Of a DNA stretch of 64,000 bases, positions 19,693 to 28,737 are shown piece by piece (position 1 is the first letter of the stretch; the number at the start of each line of letters is the position of its first letter). The translations under genes were made by a program, and so were the position numbers. The notes under the pieces are model-generated. The model made no database searches and was not told the DNA's origin. It saw nothing but the letters and a program-made list of their open reading frames with translations. Source of the DNA: Dehalococcoidia bacterium (GTDB lineage Bacteria > Chloroflexota > Dehalococcoidia > Lucifugimonadales > G958296245); assembly GCA_965262055.1 (NCBI GenBank), contig CBDHEI010000002.1, positions 1,108,202 to 1,172,201 of the forward strand, written 5' to 3'.

Positions 19693-20763
19693 ATGACGGG
19701 ACCCGACTTCCAGATAGTAGCGCCTCACAGCGAGGCGTGGCCGCGCAACTCGGAGGGCGACATCGCCGTCTTCCCGGACGGCCGATGGCTGTTGGCGTGG
19801 TCCGCCTTCTACGGCGGTTCCCACGACCACTCCGCCGCCCACATCATGGGGCGGTGGTCGCACGACAGGGGGGAGACGTGGGGCGACCCGATCATGCTGC
19901 TGGAGAACGACGGCGGGTGCAACGTCATCTCGGTCAGCGTCAAGGTGTACCGCGATGGCACGGTGGGCTTCGCGCACAGCCGGACGGACGACGAGAGCTG
20001 CTACTATGCCTGGCCCTTCTACCGCTGGTCGGAGGACGGGGGCGAGAGCTGGACCCCCCACGAGCCGATGGTCGACATGGAGACGCAGTTCGGCTTCCCG
20101 TGCAACGGGCGCCTCATGGAGCTTTCGAGCGGCCGCCTGGTGCTGCCGTTCCAGCTCAACACGCGGCCCCCGACGACGCGCGAGGGTGAGAGTCTCACAT
20201 ACGCGGGTTACTCGGACGACGCAGGGCGGTCGTGGAAGCTGTCGAATCCAGTGGCTGTGAGAGGCACGACCGCGGACGGGCTCTCGCGGCGGGGAGCCGC
20301 GGAGCCCGCCGCTTTCGAGCGTAAGGACGGCTCGATAATGTTCCTGATGCGGACTCCGCTGGGGAAGATCTACGCCGCCGAGTCGTCGGACGGCGGGGAG
20401 ACCGTGTCGGAGTCGTACGACACCGGGCTGGACAGCCCGGCGGCGCCGTGCTCGGCGGCGCGGGTGCCGGCCACGGGCGACGTCGTGCTGGTCTGGAACA
20501 ACGCGAAGCCGGACGAGCCTGGCTCCGGACGGCCGCGCACCCCGCTGACGGCGGCGGTCTCGCGCGACGACGGGCGGACGTGGAGCAACTTCAAGGACAT
20601 CGAGCCGGACACGAGCCGCAGCTACATGTACCCCGTGATCGTCTTCGACGGGGACACTGCCCTGGTGCTTTACTCCGAGCGCGGCCAGGGGGGCGGGCCC
20701 GTGAGCTGGAACAACACTTCGTTGAAGCTGGCCCGCATCCCGTACCAGTGGTTCTACGAATAA
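19693..20763 (+). CDS. Asp-box sialidase-like protein, paralogue 3
   Basis: Collinear with paralogues 1 and 2, with the same leader. Confidence 0.8.
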   Translation: MTGPDFQIVAPHSEAWPRNSEGDIAVFPDGRWLLAWSAFYGGSHDHSAAHIMGRWSHDRGETWGDPIMLLENDGGCNVISVSVKVYRDGTVGFAHSRTDDESCYYAWPFYRWSEDGGESWTPHEPMVDMETQFGFPCNGRLMELSSGRLVLPFQLNTRPPTTREGESLTYAGYSDDAGRSWKLSNPVAVRGTTADGLSRRGAAEPAAFERKDGSIMFLMRTPLGKIYAAESSDGGETVSESYDTGLDSPAAPCSAARVPATGDVVLVWNNAKPDEPGSGRPRTPLTAAVSRDDGRTWSNFKDIEPDTSRSYMYPVIVFDGDTALVLYSERGQGGGPVSWNNTSLKLARIPYQWFYE

Positions 20764-20785
20764 GGACGGGGGTGACCCCCGCTCC

Positions 20786-21496
20786 ATGCGGAGACTGGTC
20801 GAGGGCGCGGCGGCGCTGTCCATCCCCCTAGACGGCGCGCAGGTGGAGCAGTTCCGCAGGTACAGCGACGAGTTGGCCGCGTGGAACAGGCGCGTCAACC
20901 TTACGGCGGTAACGGACCCGGGCGAGGTGGTCGCGAAGCTCTTCCTCGACTCCCTGTCCGTTGCGGCGGCGTTGCACGACGGCGAGCGCGAGCACGGCCT
21001 GAGGCTGCTGGACGTCGGCTCCGGCGCGGGCTTCCCGGGCATCCCTCTCAAGATAGCTTTCCCGCAGTGGAGGGTGGCGATGCTCGAGGCGACGGGCAAG
21101 AAGGCCGTCTTCCTGGAGCACGTCATTGGGGCGCTGGGGCTGGACGGCACCACCGTGCTCGCCGGGCGCGCGGAGACGATAGCCCACGACCCCAAGCAGC
21201 GCGAGGCCTACGACGTGGTCGTCTCCAGGGCGGTGGCGCCGATGCCCGTCCTGGCGGAGCTGTGCCTGCCGTTCTGCCGACCCGGCGGGACCTTTATCGC
21301 GCAGAAGTCCAGGGCCGCCCACGACGAGGTCTCCGAAGCGCGGCGGGCCATAGAGACGTTGGGCGGGACGCTGGCCCGCCTACAGGAGGTCGGCTACGAG
21401 GGCGGGGATGGCCTGCTGGTCGTGGTGGAGAAGAGCGCCCGGACGCTCGCCCGATACCCGAGAAGGCCTGGCATTCCCGCGAAGCGTCCTCTATAG
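20786..21496 (+). CDS. rsmG: 16S rRNA (guanine527-N7)-methyltransferase
   Basis: WNRRVNLTAV..., LLDVGSGAGFPGIPLKIAFP, ...LEATGKKAVFL. Confidence 0.85.
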   Translation: MRRLVEGAAALSIPLDGAQVEQFRRYSDELAAWNRRVNLTAVTDPGEVVAKLFLDSLSVAAALHDGEREHGLRLLDVGSGAGFPGIPLKIAFPQWRVAMLEATGKKAVFLEHVIGALGLDGTTVLAGRAETIAHDPKQREAYDVVVSRAVAPMPVLAELCLPFCRPGGTFIAQKSRAAHDEVSEARRAIETLGGTLARLQEVGYEGGDGLLVVVEKSARTLARYPRRPGIPAKRPL

Positions 21497-21517
21497 TGCC
21501 GCCCTGAGCCAATCGCA

Positions 21518-22592
21518 GATGGACACGGGCCCCGGCACCCAGGACATAGCAACAACTCTGAGGCGGCGGATTTTCTCCGTCCCTACGCTGCTGTCGCTCG
21601 GCATAGCTGGTGCGTTCATATACTTCCTGGCGGCCCGATTCGACATCGACCTGGCGAGTACATGGGAGAGCATCAGGGCGATGGACCCCTGGTCCTACGC
21701 GCTGGCACTCGCCCTCTACTACCTGAGCTTCATCTTCAGGGGCGTGCGTTGGCGCATACTTGCCGTCAACGCCGGCATCCACGACGAGCAGCCGGCCCGG
21801 CTCCCGTCCGTCCCCAGGGCGTCTCAGCTCATAGTGGTCGGGTGGTTCGTCAACGCCATCGCGTGGCTGAGGCTGGGCGACGCCTACAGGGCCTACGCCT
21901 TCGCCGAGGACTCGGGGCGAAGCTTCTCCTGGAGCCTGGGCACCGTGCTGGCGGAGCGGGTGGTCGACATGGCGACCGTGCTGGTAATGATCACCGTCGG
22001 GATAGCCCTCTTCTCGATTGCCACGACCGCGGAGGGCGCGGTGTACGTAGCGCTGTTCGCGGCCCTCTTCATGGCGACCGCCCTGGTGGCATTGCTGGTG
22101 CTGATGAAGGGGTACGGCACCTGGTTCGCCCGGCTGCTCCCAGCCCGGCTCGCGGACTCATTCACCCGGTTCCGGCAGGGCACGCTGGGCAGCCTGAAGC
22201 AGCTCCGGATCGTCTTCCTGCTGGGTCTCGCCGCGTGGCTCCTCGAAGCGGGGCGCCTCTACTTCGTAGTGCAGGCCCTCGACCTCAGCATCTCACTGCC
22301 GCTCGTGCTGATAGTGTCCCTGGGACACGCCATACTGAGCACCGTACCCACGCCGGGCGGCGTCGGCGCCGTGGAGCCCGGAACGACGACACTGCTGCTG
22401 CTCGGCCTCGGCAAGGCCGACGCGGCGTCCGTCGCCCTGCTGGACCGCTCTATCACCTACCTGAGCGTGGTCGTCTTTGGTGGGCTGGCGTTCGCGGCGT
22501 GGAACCTGCGCAGGCGCCGTCAAAAGCCGGCCATTGCTGCGGACGGTGGGTCATCCCCGCAGGGTACGGGAAGGCGCGAGACGGCGGGCTGA
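21518..22592 (+). CDS. flippase-like / lysylphosphatidylglycerol-synthase TM-domain (UPF0104) membrane protein
   Basis: Polytopic protein with a C-terminal STVPTPGGVGAVEPG motif typical of this family. Confidence 0.65.
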
Positions 22593-22613
22593 ACGGCCCC
22601 CAACTACGGCCGC

Positions 22614-22622
22614 TGCTATAAT
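22614..22622 (+). promoter_or_regulatory. possible extended -10 promoter (TGcTATAAT) for ilvD
   Basis: ctgcTATAAT lies 43 nt upstream of the ilvD ATG. There is no good -35. Confidence 0.3.
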
Positions 22623-22664
22623 CTATCTCGTACCGTAGGCACCTACGCCTCCCAGGAGAAGACG

Positions 22665-24350
22665 ATGACCACTGCCTCCAAGTCCCGCCTGAAGCACAAG
22701 AGCCTCGCCGTCACGGAAGGACCCCACAGGGCACCGGCCAGGTCCATGCTGAGGGCCGTGGGGCTGACGGACGAGGACATGGACAAGCCGTTCGTCGCCG
22801 TCGGCAACCTGGCCAGCGACGTTACCCCCTGCAACGTCCACCTCACGCGCATAGCCGAGAGGGTGAAAGAGGGCGTCCGGGACTCCGGGAGCATCCCCTT
22901 CATGTTCGGGACCATCACCGTCAGCGACGGCATCTCCATGGGCACCGAGGGAATGAAGGCTTCGCTGGTGAGCCGCGAGGTCATAGCGGACTCCATTGAG
23001 ACGATAACCTTCGCCGAGAGCATGGACGGCCTGATCGTCGTGGCCGCCTGCGACAAGAACATGCCCGGCGTCATGATGGCGATGGCGCGCCTCAACGTCC
23101 CGGCGCTCTTCGTGTACGGGGGCGCCATCCTGCCCGGCCACTTCAACGGCGAGGACGTGAACATCCAGGACATGTTCGAGGCCGTAGGCGCCTACTCCCA
23201 GGGCAAGATGACGCTCGACGACCTGCTCGGCATGGAGCGCGTCGCGTGTCCGGGCGAGGGCGCCTGCTCCGGAATGTTCACCGCGAACACGATGGCGTCG
23301 GCCATTGAGGCGATGGGGATGTCCATCCCCGGCGCGGCGTCTATCCCGGCGGTGGACCCGCGGGGCGAGGATGTCGCCGCGAGCGCCGGGCGGGCGCTCA
23401 TGGACATGCTGGAGCGGGACGTCAAGCCGCGCGACATCCTGACCCGCGAGGCCTTAGAGAACGCCATCATGGTGGTGCTGGCCATGGGCGGCTCCACGAA
23501 CGCCGTGCTGCACCTGCTGGCCATCGCCCACGAGGCCGGAGTGCCTCTGGAGATCGACGACTTCGACCGCCTCAGCCGCACCACACCGTACCTCACGGAC
23601 CTGCGCCCCGGCGGGCGGTTCGTCATGTCCGACCTGGACAAGACCGGGGGCGTACCGGTCGTCATGAACGAGCTGTTGAAGGCCGGCCTGCTGCATGGAG
23701 ACGCCCCGACCGTCACCGGCAGGACCATAGCGGAGAACCTTTCCGACTTCGACTCCCCGCCGGACAGCAGGGTCGTATACCCCGTGTCGTCGCCGCGCAG
23801 CCCGACGGGCGGCCTGGTTATCCTGAAGGGGAACCTGGCACCGGAGGGCGCCGTGATGAAGGTGGCGGGCACCAAGCACCTGAAGCACAGCGGGCCCGCG
23901 CGGGTGTTCGACGGTGAGCGTGCGGCGTTTAGCGCGGTCACGAACAGCGAGATCCAGCCGGGCGACGTGCTGGTGCTGCGGTACGAAGGACCCAAGGGCG
24001 GTCCCGGAATGCAGGAGATGCTGGCGGTGACGGGCGCAATCATGGGCCAGAGGCTGGGAGACAGCGTGCTGCTCATGACGGACGGACGCTTCTCCGGCGC
24101 CACCTACGGCCCGATGATCGGCCACGTGGCCCCGGAGGCAGCCGTGGGCGGCCCCATCGCCCTGATAAGGGACGGCGAGACCATCATGATGGACGTCGAG
24201 TCCCGGCAGCTGAACGTGGACGTGCCGGAGGAGGAGCTGGAGCGCCGCCGCAGCCAGTGGAGCCCTCCGGCCCCGCAGTACACGACCGGGGTCATGGCCA
24301 AGTACGCCAAGCTGGTCTCCACCGCCTCCAAGGGCGCCGTCACGACGTAA
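22665..24350 (+). CDS. ilvD: dihydroxy-acid dehydratase
   Basis: 561 aa; CDKNMPG and MTDGRFSG motifs, and full-length collinearity with IlvD. Confidence 0.95.
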   Translation: MTTASKSRLKHKSLAVTEGPHRAPARSMLRAVGLTDEDMDKPFVAVGNLASDVTPCNVHLTRIAERVKEGVRDSGSIPFMFGTITVSDGISMGTEGMKASLVSREVIADSIETITFAESMDGLIVVAACDKNMPGVMMAMARLNVPALFVYGGAILPGHFNGEDVNIQDMFEAVGAYSQGKMTLDDLLGMERVACPGEGACSGMFTANTMASAIEAMGMSIPGAASIPAVDPRGEDVAASAGRALMDMLERDVKPRDILTREALENAIMVVLAMGGSTNAVLHLLAIAHEAGVPLEIDDFDRLSRTTPYLTDLRPGGRFVMSDLDKTGGVPVVMNELLKAGLLHGDAPTVTGRTIAENLSDFDSPPDSRVVYPVSSPRSPTGGLVILKGNLAPEGAVMKVAGTKHLKHSGPARVFDGERAAFSAVTNSEIQPGDVLVLRYEGPKGGPGMQEMLAVTGAIMGQRLGDSVLLMTDGRFSGATYGPMIGHVAPEAAVGGPIALIRDGETIMMDVESRQLNVDVPEEELERRRSQWSPPAPQYTTGVMAKYAKLVSTASKGAVTT

Positions 24351-24431
24351 TGTCGAAGATAATCTACGTCTGCTTCAGGAACGGCCTCCCCGTTACAGCC
24401 GAGCAACGCGTCCGGGAAGCCTGCAAGAGGC

Positions 24432-26042
24432 TTGAGCCGGGACAACATCGTTCCGCGGCCTGCGAGGGTCGTGCGGCACGGCAACAGCGTGTACGGCGTT
24501 GTTAATCCCTCGCCGTCGATGCTGGAGTCCAACGGCAGTGTGGCCATTGGACACCTGCTTGGAGACAAGGAACAGCGTGAGGATGCCTTGTCCCGCGGCA
24601 CCCCAGACGGTTCATTCGCCCTATTCCGCGATAGCGGGGACTCCCTCGAAGTCATGAGCGACCCGGCAGGGTCGAGGACGGTCTGGTACTACCGAGACGA
24701 AGAGACCTTTATCGCATCTACGTCGCAAAGGGCGATCGTAGGGTTCGCCGGCGGCTTTCAGTTCAACGAACAGGTCGTCCCATGGGTGCTGTCTACCGGC
24801 AGCCTGGGTCCCTCTCTATCGTGGGACAAGCGAATAGAGATGCTGTCCCCCGACTCGTCGGTGGTGCTGAACAAGAAGGACTGGTCGGTCTCCATCAAGA
24901 CGACGCCCATCGAGTTCACGCCGCTGGACCAACCGTATGAGCAACATGAACGGATATTGCTCGAGGCGCTCGAAGAGACATTTGCGTCCCTCGATCTAGA
25001 TCTTACGACGTGGGTGTTGGCACTATCGGGAGGGTATGACAGCCGCAGCATCTTGTACATGCTCCGCGACGTGGGCAAAAGCATCGACAACTTGAGGACG
25101 GTTACCTGGGGCCTGGCCTCGCGCCGGAGCCGGGAGGGAAGCGACGGCGCGGTCTCCAAAGCGCTGGCGGATGCGCTAGAAGTGTCGAACGACTACTACC
25201 CTACCGACTTTACCGGGGAGCCGATAGACCGAGTGCTCGACCGCTTCGTCCGCCTGGGAGAGGGGCGTGTCGACCATATGTCGGGCTACATGGACGGATT
25301 CGCGATGTGGAAGGCCATGTTTGAGGACGGCGTCGAAGGGCTGATCAGAGGCGACGAAGGTCTTGGCTGGGACAAGCCCAAGCTCCCACTGGATTCAGCT
25401 GTGAGAGTCGGGGTTGGGTGCGCTCCTTGTTCCGACTTCCGCAATTTCCAAGGTTACGGCTTGGCGGCCCAGGAATTGCCACCGAGTCTGCTCAAGGAAA
25501 AGGGAGAAACTCTGGCCGCATGGCGCGACCGGCTATACCACCAGTTCCGTCTACCCACAATCATCTCCGCCCTGAGCGACCTGAGACTCGCCTACGTGGA
25601 GCAAGCCAGCCCACTATTGTCCCGGAAGGTCCTACTCGCGGTAAGGCAGCTTCCGGACTCACTGCGCACGGACAAGATACTGTTCAGGAGCATTGTCGGC
25701 GCCATGAGCCCAAGGGTCCACTTCGCGTCGAGCGGGGCAATCGCGTCGCCTCAACAGATCTTACGGGAAGACCGTATTGTGAACCTCTTAAAGGATGAGA
25801 TCTCCTCGGAGACCGTAAGGACGATAGTCCCTTCCGAGTTGGTGGAGAAAATAGTTCAGAGACTGGAGACAGGGCCATTCAGAACATCCAGATTCGATAC
25901 GCAATTGCGCAGAGTAAAGAGGCTACTCCTAGGTGCAGAGGTAGACCATAACGTTCTGGCCTTCAGGGTGTTCATCATCAGCCGGATGAACACCATCCTG
26001 AGCCAGGATTCTCGTGACTCTGTCAATACAGTCCGTTCGTAG
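24432..26042 (+). CDS. asparagine-synthase-like PP-loop protein (AsnB family, no N-terminal Cys nucleophile)
   Basis: LALSGGYDSRS PP-loop. The N-terminal domain resembles a GATase-II fold (DGSFALFRDSGDSLEVMSDPAGSRTVWYY). A probable 5' extension to the ATG at 24350 requires a frameshift near 24437. Confidence 0.65.
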   Translation: MSRDNIVPRPARVVRHGNSVYGVVNPSPSMLESNGSVAIGHLLGDKEQREDALSRGTPDGSFALFRDSGDSLEVMSDPAGSRTVWYYRDEETFIASTSQRAIVGFAGGFQFNEQVVPWVLSTGSLGPSLSWDKRIEMLSPDSSVVLNKKDWSVSIKTTPIEFTPLDQPYEQHERILLEALEETFASLDLDLTTWVLALSGGYDSRSILYMLRDVGKSIDNLRTVTWGLASRRSREGSDGAVSKALADALEVSNDYYPTDFTGEPIDRVLDRFVRLGEGRVDHMSGYMDGFAMWKAMFEDGVEGLIRGDEGLGWDKPKLPLDSAVRVGVGCAPCSDFRNFQGYGLAAQELPPSLLKEKGETLAAWRDRLYHQFRLPTIISALSDLRLAYVEQASPLLSRKVLLAVRQLPDSLRTDKILFRSIVGAMSPRVHFASSGAIASPQQILREDRIVNLLKDEISSETVRTIVPSELVEKIVQRLETGPFRTSRFDTQLRRVKRLLLGAEVDHNVLAFRVFIISRMNTILSQDSRDSVNTVRS

Positions 26043-26163
26043 GGCAATTTCGTCTCTCCGAATCGGGGTGAGAGACGGCGAGTTCCGGTAGCTCAACGTG
26101 GACGTGCTGGAGCAGGAGCTGGAAGCCGCCACAGCCGGTGGAGCTGTATGGAGGCTGAGTATT

Positions 26164-26420
26164 GTGGCCAACATCACAGTGCGCAATCTGGATGAAGGGT
26201 TGAAGCGGCAACTGCGCATCCGGGCAGCCGAGAATGGCGGGTCCATGGAGCAAGAGGTCCGCAGTATCCTGAGGGCGGCGCTGGACTAGGAACCTCCTAC
26301 GAGGGAGGATCTAGCCAGCGCCATCCGAGCCCGGTTCGCGCCTCTCGGTGGTGTCGAGCTAGAGCTGCCACCCCGTGGGGCTATGCGCGAACCGCCCCAA
26401 TTCGACGGCGGCGGCGGCGA
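26164..26420 (+). pseudogene. FitA/VapB-type RHH antitoxin with an in-frame TAG (26287-26289), 3' end separated from its toxin by an IS
   Basis: (V)ANITVRNLDEGLKRQLRIRAAENGGSMEQEVRSILRAALD*EPPTREDLASAIRARFAPLGGVELELPPRGAMREPPQF. The conserved C-terminal half lies beyond the stop, in the same frame. Confidence 0.7.
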
Positions 26421-28296
26421 CCCAGATTCCCCACCTAACATAGTTTGGTGTGGCCTTCGTGGATTTACGCCCGTGTTGAGTATCGATTCGGTGGTTCCAT
26501 ATGGTCGGATCGGGCCGTAGGTAGGACCTTGGCCGAAGACTTTGAGGGTATGGGCATCGGAGCCGCACCGATTATGGCTGTCCTCAGGCCGAAGAAGGCA
26601 TGGCGCAGCCTGGGCGACCTTGCTGAGTCGCCTTCAACCGATGCACAGACAGGACCGCTTATGGTTGGTACGGCTCGGCGGACAGCGCCAATATCCTCTG
26701 ACGTGCCCTGATCAACAACTCGTATGAGGGATGGCCCCGCGCCAGACGGATGATCAGCTTCCTGGCGTGTCGCATCACCCGGCCCGGAAGGGCGATCAGG
26801 GCGAAGCGCACTGCCTTGAGACGCTTGCTCACCCACTGTCCTCCCAACGCCAGCCGCTTCATCGCAGAGCTCAGGTTGAAGGCCAGCACCGCTATGGCCC
26901 ACCATGCGGCGTTGGCTCCGAACAGCCCCGACGGGAGCCTGCCCGCAGCCAGGTCACTCTTCAGGACGCTGTGGACCTGCTCGCCTTTACCGCATCTCTG
27001 CCTGTACCACCGGATCATCTCATCTCCCGGAAGGTCTCGGTTGGTCACCAACCCGGAGACCTTGTGCCAGGCTCCGCCGGCCAGCCTCATCACGGGGAAG
27101 GGCAGTTCCAGCTGCAGTTCCATTCCCGGCAGAGGCTGTTCGCTCAGCGGCTCCCTGATAGCGATGAACCGGTATTCAGGGTTCTTCTTGCTGTAGGCTA
27201 TCCAGTCTGGTTCGAAGTTCACCTCCGCCCACTGTTGACCTGTCTCGACCCAGGTGGCGCCCAGTCTGCGGTGCGGGGCATGCCAGTCTTGTTCGGCAAC
27301 CTCGGACACCGCGCGCCTGAACTCCGGCGTCACGTTGAGCCCTACCGCAAACTCGATCACTCCGAAGCGCTCGTCTCTGCCCTCGGCGCAGTACCGCAGC
27401 AACTCGTGCTGATACCCAGCCGCGTCCGACCGCAGCATCACCTTGTCCACCGCACAAGGCAGATGCTCCAACGCTTCGGTCAACACTCGCAGTTGCTGAT
27501 AGCCAGCAGGTACGTTGCCGTCCCGAAACTCCGAATGCACTATCAACTCAGCCTCGGCCCAGTAGGTCGTCAGAGGCTGATACGCCTTGTACTTCTTGTA
27601 GCTGTAGAGCGCCTGCTGCTTGTGCGTCTCCACCAGCGTGGCGTCCATGTCCAACGTGGCTTGAGCGCAGGGCGAACGGCTCTGTACGAAGCTCACCATA
27701 TCGGCGTTCACCTTATGCAGACCCCCCAGCGCTTCGTTGGGTGAAGGTATGAACGCTCTGTGAGCTTCCCGACTAGACTCCTCGCCCGCCTCGTGGAATC
27801 TCTCCAGGTACCGGAACACCGCCGACTCCGATGGCATGCTCCGCCGACGCTCTACACGCCATCGCTCTTCCAACGCTCTACGCTCTCGACGACCCATCCC
27901 ATAGCTCTCGACTTCCCGAAGCACCCTGCACAACCCCGCGTCCTTCTCCAAAACATCCAGATCGACCACTGACTCACCGCCTGCCAGGTTCAGCAGTATC
28001 AGCGAGCTGACCACTTGGCTGTCCGTCCAGCCCTGACCACACTCCCGCAGTCCCACGTGGCGCTCTACCGACGACCTCAAACCTGCTGCGTGCATCAACT
28101 CCAAGTACGTCATCATCCCCGCCATCGCCGTCATGCCCGGCGAGCTCTTCTCCTGCTCGTACTGGAACGGCAGAACCCCTTACTTCATAATAGGTGCACC
28201 TCGTTGGTGATCGTTTCTCTCTTCCAAGAAACATCTTAGCCCCCTTCACGGCGGGCTCCAACGAGGTCTTCCTCTTCTCTAGGTGGGGAATCTGGG
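26421..28296 (-). mobile_element. IS1380-family IS, type B (1876 bp)
   Basis: 17-bp terminal inverted repeats CCCAGATTCCCCACCTA (26421-26437, and the reverse complement at 28280-28296). The 4-bp direct repeat GCGA occurs at 26417-26420 and 28297-28300. Confidence 0.85.
26659..28134 (-). CDS. IS1380-family DDE transposase (type B)
   Basis: 491 aa; LDMDATLVE, LRSDAAGY and the tail LPSGLFGANAAWWAIAVLAFNLSSAMKRL. Confidence 0.8.
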   Translation of the reverse strand: MTAMAGMMTYLELMHAAGLRSSVERHVGLRECGQGWTDSQVVSSLILLNLAGGESVVDLDVLEKDAGLCRVLREVESYGMGRRERRALEERWRVERRRSMPSESAVFRYLERFHEAGEESSREAHRAFIPSPNEALGGLHKVNADMVSFVQSRSPCAQATLDMDATLVETHKQQALYSYKKYKAYQPLTTYWAEAELIVHSEFRDGNVPAGYQQLRVLTEALEHLPCAVDKVMLRSDAAGYQHELLRYCAEGRDERFGVIEFAVGLNVTPEFRRAVSEVAEQDWHAPHRRLGATWVETGQQWAEVNFEPDWIAYSKKNPEYRFIAIREPLSEQPLPGMELQLELPFPVMRLAGGAWHKVSGLVTNRDLPGDEMIRWYRQRCGKGEQVHSVLKSDLAAGRLPSGLFGANAAWWAIAVLAFNLSSAMKRLALGGQWVSKRLKAVRFALIALPGRVMRHARKLIIRLARGHPSYELLIRARQRILALSAEPYQP

Positions 28297-28299
28297 GCG

Positions 28300-28686
28300 A
28301 TGATAGTCCTTGACACCAACGTCGTCTCGGAGTTGATGCGCCCCAGTCCCGTCGCTAGTGTTATCGAATGGGTTGCCCTGCAAGCAGCCCCAAGTCTGTA
28401 CCTCTCCGCCATCACCGAAGCGGAGCTGCGTTACGGCGTTGAGATCTTACCGGTAGGCCAACACCGTGACAGGCTGCGCGGCGAGATCGAAGGAATGCTC
28501 CGGGAAGATTTCGCGAGGCGCGTCCTCCCCTTCGACAGGAGCACCGCCCAAGCCTATGCCGTGATCAGCGGCGGTCGCCCGATCCATAGGGGCACCGGTC
28601 GCAACGAGAGACGTGGGCGAGTTCGAAGGGTGTGGGATCGACTTAATCAATCTATGGGCGACCGGATGATCGCGGGCGCTCCGTGA
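28300..28686 (+). pseudogene. FitB/VapC PIN-domain toxin, internally deleted and frameshifted
   Basis: MIVLDTNVVSELMRP...AITEAELRYG is a PIN N-terminus. The conserved C-terminus ATRDVGEFEGCGIDLINLWA is only readable in the +1 frame, which stops at 28667-28669. Confidence 0.7.
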
Positions 28687-28737
28687 CGAGCGCCTCAGGG
28701 ACTCTTCCTAAGTTGGAGCAGCAGGGTGCTTTGGCGT

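Noticed and set aside
19636-21195. 519-aa minus-strand ORF, plus similar large antisense ORFs (31266-33209 +, 11836-12972 -, 17595-18548 -, 46635-47855 +, 58829-60064 +)
   Set aside because: Each lies opposite a gene with a clear family assignment and has Arg/Pro/Gly-rich shadow composition. This is the typical high-GC stop-codon-poor antisense artefact.
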